A DNA stretch of 64,000 bases from positions 284,883 through 348,882 of the forward strand of contig NIVC01000034.1 in assembly GCA_002269645.1 (NCBI GenBank). Direction: 5' to 3'. Origin of the DNA: Macrostomum lignano (taxonomy: Eukaryota). Both the position numbers and the translations under genes were made by a program. How positions within the stretch are numbered: the first letter of the stretch is position 1; every line of letters starts with the position of its first letter. Positions 43,901 through 55,140 of the stretch are shown in pieces. The notes under the pieces are model-generated. The model was given only the letters and a program-made list of their open reading frames with translations. It searched no databases and was not told the origin of the DNA.

Positions 43901-46900
43901 GTGCCATGGCGATCGGTGCCTGTCTGCACCAGGTCGTAGACGGCGAGTCTACGCCTCTCGCGTTTCTGTCCAGAAAGCTTTCCGACACCGAAACTAAATA
44001 CAGCACCTTCGACCGGGAGCTACTTGCTATCTTCGCCGCCATCAAGGCATGGAAGCACCTGCTGCAAGGCCAGACAGTGACGGTATTCTGTGACCACAAG
44101 CCAATTATCGGAGCCTTCGCAAGCAGCAAGGAACGCTTCTCGGACAGACAGCAGCGCCAGATGTCAGCAATCTCAGAGATTGTCACAGACGTGGTTCACA
44201 TCGCCGGTAAAGACAACGTCGTTGCTGATGCGCTGTCCCGTCCCTCGAAAGACGCTGTCAACATCGCAACATCAGAAGTTCTGGTCGCGGCCGCTCATGA
44301 GATAGCCCCAACGGACGAAGACACTCAAATGTTGCCCAGTTTTGACCTGCCCGCAATTGCACGCGCTCAACAGCTGGATTCAACGTTGCCATCGCAATCC
44401 AGCACTTTCAAGTTGTTCGACATCGGACTGACTGACTGTAAACTGCTCTGCGAAACGTCATACCCCAATCCGCGACCAGTCGTTCCACCAGACTTGCGAA
44501 AACACATCTTCACATCGATTCATTCATTGGCCCATCCTGGTGTCAAGGCGAGCTGTCGATTGATCACCCATCGCTACTTCTGGCCGGAGATCTCTCGCGA
44601 TGTGCGCCGTTGGACGGAGGAATGCCTACAATGCCAAGCCAACAAAGTAACTCAGCATGTACACCGACCATTACACCAGTTACCGACTCCCTCTCAGCGA
44701 TTCGCGACGGTACACATGGATATTGTCGGACCACTAACACCACCAGAGGCTAACGGTCAACTACAGCCACGTTATCTACTGACAGTCATCGACGCCTACA
44801 CCCGATGGTTGGAGGCCATTCCGCTGATAGACATCTCTGCCGCATCTGTAGCTCAAGGATTCCTCAGCGCCTGGGTGTCACGCTTTGGCCCACCCCTGAC
44901 GCTCATTACGGACCAGGGTGCCCAATTCCGTGCAGAGCTCATGGAAGAGTTTACTAAGCTGTTCGGCATCCATCACATAAGAACCTCAGCGTATAACCCC
45001 GAGCCAATGGTCTAGTGGAGCGAGCACATCGCTCTCTGAAGGCTGCTCTTCGTGCGCGAGGTCGCTGTTGGTTACAACAACTGCCGATTGTCCTACTCGG
45101 ACTACGAATTCAACCTGATGATGCCGGCCACTGCCCATTCTCCGGTGTAACAGGCGAGCAACCGATCGTACCACCGGTAGTCACAGAGGATGCCAGCCTG
45201 AGCCAACTATCCAATCGTCTTCACAATCTGTTCTACCCCTACCGTCTGCCACGCACGCGCGCAACACCGGTGCACCTTCCGGACAACCTACAGAGCTGCA
45301 GCCACGTCTGGCTCCGGCTCGACCGTGTCCGTAAGCCGTTGGAAGCACCTTACCAAGGTCCATTTCCTGTTCTGCACCGTTCACCGCTCACCTTTACACT
45401 CGACATCCGCGGGACACCTACGAGCGTTGCAATCGACCGCGTTAAACCAGCACGGTTGCCCACTCCCCAGCGCGATGAGCCTACCAAGACCTCCGATACG
45501 GATGAGCCCATCCGAGCAAGGTTGAGACCCCGCCGTGTCACTTTTGCGTGAACTTTGTGTGGTTTGTGCCCCTATGGACACTAAGAACATGTTCTTGTTT
45601 GTGCATGATGCTGTTTTCATGATGTTACTGTACCGAACCGATGCACATATAGTTATCTTCCTTTTGGGAGGGGGGGGGTAGTTATAGCACTATGTGTTTT
45701 AATATAACACTTCAACACTAAGTATGCTTCTATTGTCTATGGCAGTTGTTAATAATCAAATACAGTTCGACAGCGCGAAGCTAAGAAGCCAGAGCGGCAT
45801 TTCCTATCGATAGCTTCACACTTTTGTTCCACTGCAATTATCTGCTTTTTCATAGTTGTAGCACCCGCTACAAAGTATTTGTCAGCGTCCTTTAACCCTA
45901 TATACCCGACCTCACAACATCGCAGGTCTGTCAAGCGGTACACCCTCCCCAATCGAGCAGCCCTACAACATGCACGAGTCGTACGATCAGCAGGCTAACA
46001 TCACCATGATGGAGGGCGACGCGACACTGTTCTTTGCCACAGACAAAGGAAAATACGGGACTGGCCGATTGGCAAAGATTAACGACTTCTCGCGCGGTAA
46101 GATCTGCAGGATGAACTACGATTTTCTGTAGAAGAGCTTCCATAAGAATCTTTGCGCGGAATCTTTGTCGGAATGTCGCAAGAATGGGCCACTCGCTATC
46201 TGTGACTGTGTATTTCATTCACAGAGAGGTGAAACTAGCTCGTGGCGATAGACATTCAAGACGGTCAACAAGCGTTACTCATTCGTAGAATTAAAAAACT
46301 CAGATTGGTTTATTAGAAGCAGAAGGCTGTGTGCACCCTGGCGCACTTTAAGCGACATTGTCACACAACCGGCGAGAGGCATTACTGCCTATTCCGGCCG
46401 ACTCCCCTGAGCAGGCACACAAGCGCGCGGATACGTACGCAGTCGTACGCACAGGCACAAACTCACACAGGAGTGTACAGCGGCCCTAACTTTATTTATC
46501 GTTTGGCATGTACACTTCACTGTGCCTTGGGGGGGGGGAGCAAATTAATGCAACTGCACTTGGAATCGAGCCTGGGTCGCTGGCACACAAGAGCGCCGCA
46601 CTAGACCAGTACTATGCTACGGCCCCCTCCAGAATGATTCAGTGATGTTGTAAAGGAAATGTTCTGTTTTACATTACTGTTAGGGTATATTGATTGTGAA
46701 TAACAGTAGAATTTTGCAAAGACACGCCAAGATATTTCGGTTTTGACCATAGACATAAACTCGGAACCAATGAAAGCCTATAGTTTGCTAGGCACTACAC
46801 ATTTTGACATGTACACGAGACTGTCTATCTGAGTGAAATTTAACAATATTACTCAATCCGCATCGCTACTTCAACCTTTCAGGCATATCCTACATCAAGA

Positions 46901-49900
46901 ATATGCACTATGGAAATTGTTCATTTGACAAGATCCCGGAGGACAGCTGGGATGCGACTATCACACCGGGTGGTGCCAGATTGAAATCACCAGCGGAATT
47001 CTACTTTCCCAGTTTGAACGAATTGCAGTACAAAGGCAGCGTAAGTGTCTTTTAGTTGCCGTTGATACAACGGATTTTCCACGATCGAAAACCAAGCCAT
47101 GCAAAAACCTTCAACACTACTTCTAAGGCTTCTGGTTTAAATGAAAAGCACAAATCTGTATTTAAGTTAGCTAGTAGATTTGAAGTAGAGAATAAATACA
47201 GTAGATTAGAAGTTCTATCACATTTATTAGAAGGTAGAAACATTAGATTAGATAGTGGAAACCTTTGATTAAATAGTGGAAAACTTAGATTATAGTGGAA
47301 AACTGAGATTATATAGTGAAAACCATAGATTAGATAGTGGAAAACTTAGACTGGATAGTGGAAACCTGAGATTATATAGTGAAAACCATAGAGTAGATAG
47401 GGAAAACAATGAGTAGATGGTGGAAACCATTGATTTGATCGTCGGTAACCAATAATTAGATTAGAGGATATAAACTTTAGTTTAGAACCTATTTTAAAGT
47501 GAAGCTTATACATGCAGATTGTTAAATAGGAAAAAATAAAGGCCATAAAATAAATGCCGTTCGGGTCAATTATTATTAAAAAAAGTTGCTAAAAATATTA
47601 TTACAGGGTATTTATCGCGACACGGATGTTGATGTTTTCATTGGCTACAAGGATAACTACGTAGACATTGGCGACGGCAGGAAATACCCAGTGACTGTGG
47701 AATACTATCTTCAGATTGTAAGCTTAACCTTGGTTTTTGATGTTTTTATTTCGATATTATTACATACTACGAGTACTTACTAGCTCGAATCAATGGAGTT
47801 TCTTCGTTACAGAAGACAACAAGCGACATGGACGGCAACCCGAAGTACGAAGCGGTTCCAAGAGGCATTTACTCAGCTGTAGCTCAACCGGTAAACATTT
47901 TTAACTAAAAGATTAGGCTTACTTTACAGTACTTATAACAGTAGTAAAGCCACTACCAAACTCTTGGGGCAGAAAAGCTTTAGCACCCACGAAGGGGGCT
48001 CAGGAGGCCAACCCCCAAGGCACAGACTTTATAAAGCCGGAAAATACTAACCACAACAGCAAAAGATCAGATGAAAATAGCAAATCACTTTCTTAAAAAG
48101 TTTTATAATACGCTCGTAGCAAACAAGACTACGATGTCTAAGATGCTTCTTAGCCATGGTCAGTTCGCTCAAAATGTAACCGACATTCTTCTGTCGTTCG
48201 TTGGCATTGCGACCGAGACTGCCAGTGTACGTAACTCGTTGATGGCGTGCATAATTGTCACTTGTTTGCGCACTTTATAAACTGCACGAGGAATTGCCGT
48301 GCGTTTCACAGCCAGGAGGGTCAACTCCCAAGACACAGAGAGTGTACATGTCTGACGATTTGAAGTCAAAGCCGCTGTACACTGTGTGAGCGTTTGCACG
48401 AGTGCTTGTCAGAGAGTCCCCAGAGTTCGCCGAAGGCGTTCCCGCCATCTATTACTATTAGTATTATTATTAACCTCAAACTGCAGCTTCGCATCTACAC
48501 AATGACGGACGTCTTTGACTACAACACTAAGCTGCCTCGAGTTTACGAGCACGACATCTCAGACTGTTTCAGCAGCACCGATGAGCAGCATTTTGAGCTG
48601 ATTCTGACGACTTGTGAGTGAAAAGATTAATTAAAAATATGTTGAGCCCCTGACAGTCCAATAAATTTGCAATCATTTTTAGCCGGGATCAGTGACGAAT
48701 CGCACATGAAATATCTGAAGAGTCATCTCAACGAGTTTTTTTACTCACTCGTGGCCGGCATCTCCAAGGCGATTAATATCTCGCCGTTGAGAGTTCTGGA
48801 GCCTAAGGTTAGTTACAATTTTATTTGAAATCACTTAACTTGTATTCTATTCACTTAGAACCAGTCAAAGTCATATCTCATAGTTCAAAATAGAACCGAA
48901 GCAACGTCATCGGTAATTCAGTACCGCTACTCATATTGACAACAGTAGTGTAGCCAGGGTCTTTCACTTTGGTTTGCGGCTTTAGAACCAGGGGCTTTAG
49001 CACCAGGGGCTTTAGCACCAGGGGCTTTAGCACCAGGGGCTTTAGCACCAGGGGCTTTAGCACCAGCGGCTTTAGCACCAGGGGCTTTAGCACTAGTGGC
49101 TTTAGCACCAGGAGCTTTAGCACCAGTGGCTTTAGCACCAGCGGCTTTTGCACCAGGGGCTTTAACACCAGCGGCTTTAGCACCAGGGGCTTTAGCACCA
49201 GGGGCTTTAGCACCAGGAGCTTTAGCACCAGGGGCTTTAGCACCAGGGGCTTTAGCACCAGGGGCTTTAGCACCAGGGGCTTTAGCACCAGGGGCTTTAG
49301 CACCAGGGGCTTTAGCACCAGGGGCTTTAGCACCAGGGGCTTTAGCACCAGGGGCTTTAGCACCAGGGGCTTTAACACCAGCGGCTTTAGCACCAGTGGC
49401 TTTAGCACCAGGGGCTTTAGCACCAGGGGCGCAATCACCAACCAGACATTGTTTAACCAGTGCCCTTAGCCATGACGTACATTGTTACATGTACTAATCA
49501 TACAATTTCACCTCCCACACCTTAGCTAAGTCTGTTCGCTGAGCCGCTGATGCTTGTCGAAGTGACAATTAGCGAGCGCGCGAATGTGCCCGGCTACACG
49601 CCAAGCCAGCCGGAGTCAACTCTGGCCGAGGTTGCGCCCAAACTGACTGAGGCAATCAATAAGAAAACTCTATACGTTCAGATTCTTGATGGCGAGATTA
49701 TGTTCGACATACCTGTTAATGACTTTGTTCAGATGGATGCCAGAAGGTATTTATTCACAGCGATATGATTTTTACTTAAGTAATCGACACTATTCACTTG
49801 TGCACGCTATGCAACTTGTTCAAAAATGCTACTTCCAGGACTGAAAAAACGGAATCGCAAGGAGGACTGTCTCCAGGTAAATTCAAAGTTTTGTGTGTTT

Positions 49901-51255
49901 TGGGAAAGAAGAAAGTCTTCATCTTTAATATCGGGCACTGAGACGTTAATAAAGCGCCGGGACCGACAGTTATGTATGACACCGGGATAGACACTTTGAC
50001 ACCAGGATATTCAAATAGCACAATCTGGATAGACACTTAGACATCAGGATAGACATATAGAAAAACCAAAGAGACACTTGGACATAAGGACAGACACCTT
50101 GGACACCAGGATAGACATATAAAACAATCTGGATAGACACTTAGACACCAGGATTGCCATATAAAACAATCTGGATAGACACTTGGACACCAGGATTGCC
50201 ATATAAAACAATCTGGATGGACACTTGGACATCAAGATAGACACTTTGGACACCGGGATAAAGACTTGGACACCCGGATAGACACTTGGACACCCGGATA
50301 GACACTTGGACACCCGGATAGACACTTGGACACCAGCATAGACATATAAAACAAACAAGATAAACACTTGGACACCAGGATAGACACTTTGGACACCAGG
50401 ATAAAGACGTGGACACTAGGATAGATACTTGGACACCAGGATAAAGACGTGGACACTAGGATAGACACTTGCACACCAGGATTTCCATATAAAACAATCT
50501 GGATAGACACTTGGACACCAGGATAGACATATAAAACAAATAAGATAAACACTTGGACACCAGGATAAAGACGTGGACACTAGGATAGATACTTGGACAC
50601 CGGGATAAAGACGTGGACACTAGGATAGACACTTGCACACCAGGATTTCCATATAAAACAATCTGGATAGACACTTGGACACCAGGATAGACATATAAAA
50701 CAAATAAGATAAACACTTGGACACCAGGATAAAGACGTGGACACTAGGATAGATACTTGGACACCGGGATAAAGACGTGGACACTAGGATAGATACTTGG
50801 ACACCGGGATAAAGACGTGGACACTAGGATAGATACTTGGACACCGGGATAAAGACGTGGACACTAGGATAGATACTTGGACACCGGGATAAAGACGTGG
50901 ACACTAGGATAGATACTTGGACACCGGGATAAAGACGTGGACACTAGGATAGACACTTGGAAACCAGGATAAAGACGTGGACACTAGGATAGACACTTGG
51001 AAACCAGGATAGCCATATAAAACAACCAGGATAGAGAGAAGATGATGGCATATCAAAGAATGCTTCCGAAGAAGGATCTTTAAACCAGCATTCTCAAACC
51101 AAACTCACGAAATCTAAGGAGCCGCAGCAGGTCTCAGCATTGGCATGCTCATACTCGGTGCACTGATCGCCCTGCTGGTGATCTTCGGTCTGAGTTACTT
51201 CCGCAACAACTCTGTGTTCGGCTTCAAGCCGTTTGGAAACGGCGCCGAAGGCTGA
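37934..51255 (+). CDS. Uncharacterised type-I membrane glycoprotein, 15 exons, 663 aa; two internal repeats resembling ependymin/LolA-like beta domains
   Basis: Exons 37934-38033, 38655-38879, 39941-40083, 40160-40247, 40280-40455, 41042-41135, 45926-46096, 46883-47040, 47607-47717, 47813-47890, 48487-48613, 48683-48807, 49526-49746, 49839-49876, 51119-51255 total 1992 nt with matching phases. Signal peptide [26 protein letters not shown] segment [27 protein letters not shown], short tail, AATAAA at 51383. The fold assignment is from pattern recall only. Confidence 0.8.
38925..39355. repeat. GA-rich (polypurine) low-complexity repeat
   Basis: GGAGAGAGGAGAAGGGA-type units in intron 2 of the membrane-protein gene. 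Confidence 0.9.
40582..40712. repeat. Minisatellite, 20-bp unit CTCCTAGTGGTCGCCACTGT, ~6.5 copies
   Basis: Near-perfect units; hairpin core AGTGG-TCG-CCACT. Confidence 0.95.
41645..42469 (+). CDS. gag: Gag with CHCC motif
   Basis: [27 protein letters not shown]; C-x2-H-x9-C-x3-C motif [18 protein letters not shown]. Confidence 0.9.
   Translation: MPSKRSKRQTVANTTGSTSTTERDTASTAQESINRGTVRPPPFYRKAPDVWFRQLESQFVLARITCPTTKFHHALSALPEDVACDIADVEDDYEALKSAVTELLRANRHQRIEEALAAVELGDRRPTQLVTDIRRRFSEVGLQVDDSIVKSRLLSALPGNIRSALVGHESEALDNFARIADSMLAVAGPTTPFHTIARATAAPSAPSPGNAREARPQRRTRQSRQKVCNGHIYYGAEARTCRPWCQWPGPKPQRVLKSRQATPAQSRAASPTNA
42373..45551 (+). CDS. pol: Pol (protease, RT, RNase H, integrase) with one frameshift at ~45003
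   Basis: VDTGA protease, YIDD RT, TTDAS..IG and [10 protein letters not shown] RNase H, H-x-H/C-x-C zinc finger, HMDIVGPL and ITDQGAQF integrase. YNPE(A)NGLVER is broken by a 1-nt deletion and continues in ORF 45015-45551. Confidence 0.92.
46325..46627 (-). mobile_element. tRNA-derived SINE copy 2
   Basis: Minus-strand head GGGGCCGTAGCATAGTACTGG (A box) ... CCCAGGCTCGATTCC (B box); body shared with 35761-36000. Confidence 0.78.
48062..48287 (-). pseudogene. NEK10: Degraded inverted copy of NEK10 exon 5 plus the start of intron 5
   Basis: The reverse complement matches 25224-25435 in long blocks (CAGTTTATAAAGTGCGCAAACAAG; CCAACGAACGACAGAAGAATGTCGGTTACATT; AGCGAACTGACCATGGC; TATTATAAAACTTTT..AAGAAAGT), with indels. 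Confidence 0.88.
48985..49430. repeat. Minisatellite, 15-bp unit ACCAGGGGCTTTAGC (reverse complement of the 30478-30990 unit)
   Basis: About 29 units in intron 12 of the membrane-protein gene. Confidence 0.95.
49980..51030. repeat. Complex higher-order minisatellite built on GGACACCAGGATAGACACTT
   Basis: Nested ~20-bp and ~39-bp sub-units in intron 14. Confidence 0.9.
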
Positions 51256-51769
51256 GAGAGAATGTGCTTCGCTGGTGATTATTCGTTTAAACAAACCCGT
51301 TATAGCTATTATTCGTGTGAGCTCAGATGTTAAAAAATTAACTTTGATAAACAAAATCAACATGAGCCAGTTTTCCAAAAGTAATAAACATTTTTCAAAC
51401 CGATAACATTCGCTAGACTTAATATTTCAACAAAATCAATAAATTGACAAATATACTAGTATACTCGTTTCTGGCGTTTCTAGTTAACATAGAAATGTTT
51501 TGACAATTTCAACGCTTCACTTTGTTTATTGACTTGTATGGATCACAATACCAAACGTTTCCGACGTGAATTGACTTCGCTAAAAATGTGGGTAATTTTA
51601 CTTTTCCTTTGAATAGGTGTTACACTTCTTTATGATACTGACCAATATACGAGCTAGAGTATCGGGGAGTATTTTCATAAGACTGAAATTTTCACAGCGT
51701 CGAAAAAAAGTATTGCTGATCACTTCCGCCGTCTCATACTGAGCCGATTTCGACGATATGACGTTACAA

Positions 51770-51955
51770 GCTGTGATGTTTCGAGTCTGTGATGTTTCGA
51801 GCTTGTGATGTTTCGAGTATGTGATGTGATGTTTAGAATCTGTGATGTGATGTTTCGAGTGTGTGATGTGATGCTTCGAGTTTGTGATGTGATGTTTCGA
51901 GCTTGTGATGTTTCGAGTCTGTGATGTGATGTTTAGAGCCTGTGATGTTTCGAGT
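51770..51955. repeat. Short repeat TGTGATGTTTCGAG
   Basis: About 10 degenerate units. Confidence 0.8.
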
Positions 51956-52632
51956 CGGCGATGTAGACGTTTCAAGTGACGTGATGCTTTGAGCTTGTAA
52001 ATCGACCCCTTCAAAAAAGAAGTTGTCTGTCCAATGCGACAATGAGACATTTTAAAGAATGGCCTTCAATTTCTGTAGAAATCTTGCTGTCCAAAAACAT
52101 ATCATTATTTTAATCATACAGTACTATTAGTACAAGTACAATACAATACTAGGCAACAATTGATTAAAATTAGTTTATATCAGTTGAGTTCTATATTTAG
52201 CATTTTACGCGCTGCGTTAAAATATCTGCTGCACTTAAAGCAGCACTAATGAAATGCGCTGCCCCGCGGCACTGTGCTCGCAGTGACAGAAAATCTATGG
52301 TGTACAAAAGCTAATGTACACCAAACTAAACTGCGGGAGGGGGTCTGAGTGAGACAAGAAAGAGAGAAAAGAGAAATGGCTGGCAAAGCAACGGGTTAAA
52401 AGCACAATTATCGTCAGCAACGCGAGTGCATACATGAATAGGCTTACAAAAGTGGGTGGATTTCGAACAAGCTAGAAGGATAGAACTGACAGAATTGAAA
52501 GCGCATTCTCCGCTTTGCCGACCCAGTAAGTGACCAAAGATTAATATTTAAAGACAATTCTCTCGACAAGGCAAGGTACAGAAATTTCATCTTAATTGTG
52601 TTGCTGAACGTCGCTACAGGTGACCGTGAACT

Positions 52633-52687
52633 ATGAGCGTCTTTAAGTAAGTCTGCGCTTCTAGCTTACTGTTAATACTTTACTCTT

Positions 52688-52720
<33 letters not shown>

Positions 52721-52743
52721 TAGACAGACAGACAGACAGACAC

Positions 52744-52784
<41 letters not shown>

Positions 52785-53277
52785 TGAACAACCCCGAATT
52801 TCAACTTCACCGAGCAGGTGTGTTACATGGACTACCCGTCTGGATAAGATCATGGACACAGTTCAGCCTGGTGACCAGGTCTGTTTCCACCGAGGCCTGT
52901 TCATCCATCACGCGGTGTACGTTGGTCGCGGCCGAGCAATTCATCATCACCTGGGAGAGAGAAGTGGTGAAGTGATTGAAACCACATTGGAATACTTGGC
53001 CAAAAACGACCTAATGAAGGTGCTCAAAGTTGTCGACACTCCGTTCTCACCGGCCGAGATTATTGAACGAGCTCGCAGTCAGCTGGGGCCGTTGCCCTAT
53101 TCACTGCATGGCGGCAACTGCGAGCACTTCACTACGTGGGTTTATTACGGAGTTCGCCTGTCTAAGCAGATAATTAACCTGGGCCCTTATCAGCGCAGAC
53201 TGTTGCAGGTTGTAAAGCACACGACTCCGAAAGAAGCCGACTCAGACTCTCACCAGCAATCGCCGGTCACGAGGTGA
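52633..53277 (+). CDS. LRAT/PLAAT (HRASLS, NC-domain) phospholipase/acyltransferase-like protein
   Basis: PGD..FHRGLFIHHAVYVG.G.AIH, IIERARSQLG..PYSL..GNCEHF catalytic motifs in 52852-53277. Putative first exon 52633-52646 (ATG...AA|GTAAGT) and acceptor at 52690-52691 give a 600-nt CDS. Confidence 0.85.
52688..52783. repeat. (GACA)n microsatellite
   Basis: About 23 units with two interruptions. Confidence 0.95.
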
Positions 53278-53724
53278 AATTTTTTTAAATCTATCTATCT
53301 ATCTATCTATCTATTTATCTTTTAGTCCATAATATACTAAAGTATCTCGAATGATATTTATCTATACTAGTAATTAGATTGAAGTACTACCAGTACTATC
53401 TCGGAAAGCTTTTGAATAGCGCTAGGGCTTTCATTATTTTTTTGTTTAGTTAGATAGATAAGCCGTGAAACACTTGGTGTTTTACATAGGTACACTACAA
53501 TAGACATTAAGCAGAGCTTCATTAAATTGCATGTAGATAAGCCCAAACGAAAATCAACCAGTGTACAGCACTCTTTAACCATCGAGGCATGGTTGAGGTC
53601 AAATTTCGTATTTTAATAGAATCTCACTGCAAATAAAATCAATCGCAGGTGTTCCACAGAAGTTTCATGCGCCGCCACATCATCGAACGCTGAGGAAAGT
53701 ACATGTAGTGCATCTCAATCAGAC

Positions 53725-54036
53725 GTGGTTACAAATGCCGACAATCCCGCGGCAGGGGACAAAGTCGACGATGACGATAAATTCACTTTTAAACCGCCGC
53801 GTCCGCCGAAATATCGACCTGCAAAGAATGGAGCTCAATTGGCCCTGAAGCACACCCGCAGCTTTCTGAAGGTGCTGACGGTCCAGGCTCTGGTTCGTCT
53901 GGCAGCCGTGCCGCTGCACAGGTGCGGCCTACAGGCCGACAATTTACGACGCATTGGGCGCCAGTTGAAGGGCAAAAAGGAACGACGCAACGAGGCGACC
54001 AAGACTAATGACAATGCTAATGTTGCCGCAGCTTAA
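53725..54036 (+). CDS. Hypothetical small basic protein exon
   Basis: 103-aa GC-rich ORF after an acceptor-like tcaatcAG; no recognisable motif. Confidence 0.35.
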   Translation: MVTNADNPAAGDKVDDDDKFTFKPPRPPKYRPAKNGAQLALKHTRSFLKVLTVQALVRLAAVPLHRCGLQADNLRRIGRQLKGKKERRNEATKTNDNANVAAA

Positions 54037-54619
54037 GCAGCGTCGCCGCTAAGTGCAGTGCTCTGACAGCAGAGACTCTGTAATGCGTAATACCGAATGG
54101 AAAGACTAAAAACTTTTTTTATTGAAAAATACCAAAATATTGGAGCTTATTGTACGAAAAGGAATCATGTTTAAAACAAAATAAAAACTTTTTTTACTTT
54201 AAAAAAGGCTTGACTGTCTTTATCTACTACGATTTCGAAAGAAAAAATCATCGCTTACCATGCCTGCTTAGAGCCAACGGAAACGTGATTTTTTGTTAGA
54301 TAGCTTTACTTTAACGCTTGGAACTCGCTGCAAAAACAAATCGCATTGCTTGCTATTGATAGGACTTGGCAAAAATTATGTAATATATGTCTATGCATAT
54401 TTCTTTGGTGGTTTTTGTTTGTTAAAAAGAGCTTTATTTGCGATTTTTATCTTTAAATGCGTGCAGTTTGGAGTTTGTTTCTTTATTTAACTGTCTGGCG
54501 TCTGTTCGATTTCGGATTCTCTCGGTGTAGCTAACTGGCATAGTTAAGATGAGGATCGTTAGTTTTGACTTTTTTACAATCTACAAAGTCTCTACAGACC
54601 AGCACCTCACTGGAAAATT

Positions 54620-55140
54620 GAACAAGATTGGAAGAACAGAATGTCAGGGACATTCCCTACTTAGTTGCCGCCCCTTGATGTTGATTCTGGCGCAATCACC
54701 GTAAGAGTCAAGAATAGCAGGATGGAATACCATTTCAATAGTTGTTTTGAAATTCAAAATACCATTTCAAAATGGTGCTCAAGGATTTCCAGATTCTTTC
54801 TGTCAGAAAAGGGGGCCCTACACAGAGGGGACACCTTCAAGGTATCTGTAAATCTGTTATTGAGACAGACGTCTAAGCTGACTATTGCATTGTTGGAATT
54901 GTCGTAATCTTTATTAGTATCAGAGATTTTTAGGGTATTTTATTAGACGACTGCATGTAGCCAGTCCTCTGCGACACTCGGGTACATCGTACCATGAACA
55001 AATGGTATTGTCAATATTATTAAGCCTAGTTTCTGAGAAGAGACCAATACTAATATTTGTATTGTACAACCACATTTTACTGTCAATAATCTTTTTGTTC
55101 AGCTTGTTACAATTTAAATTCCCAATATTGAGGGTTCAAT
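54620..55140 (-). pseudogene. Decayed non-LTR retrotransposon APE endonuclease fragment
   Basis: Manual minus-strand translation across stops and frameshifts gives NIGNLNCNKL...ISIGLFSETRL...KVSPLCRAP...SYGD, resembling APE motifs (LN.ng, .ET.L, YrpP, GDfN). Confidence 0.5.

Larger units (their letters stand above)
41402..45872 (+). mobile_element. Full-length Ty3/Gypsy LTR retrotransposon, CsRn1-like
   Basis: LTRs 41402-41599 and 45683-45872 differ by one 8-bp indel and one substitution. PBS TGGTAGCAGAGCGTG at 41603-41617 (initiator tRNA-Met type). PPT GGGAGGGGGGGG at 45666-45678. Flanks AAGC / AAGT. Inserted in intron 6 of the membrane-protein gene. Confidence 0.95.

Noticed and set aside
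46097-46240. Candidate extra exon after 46096
   Set aside because: The required phase gives an immediate stop; 46096 splices cleanly to 46883.
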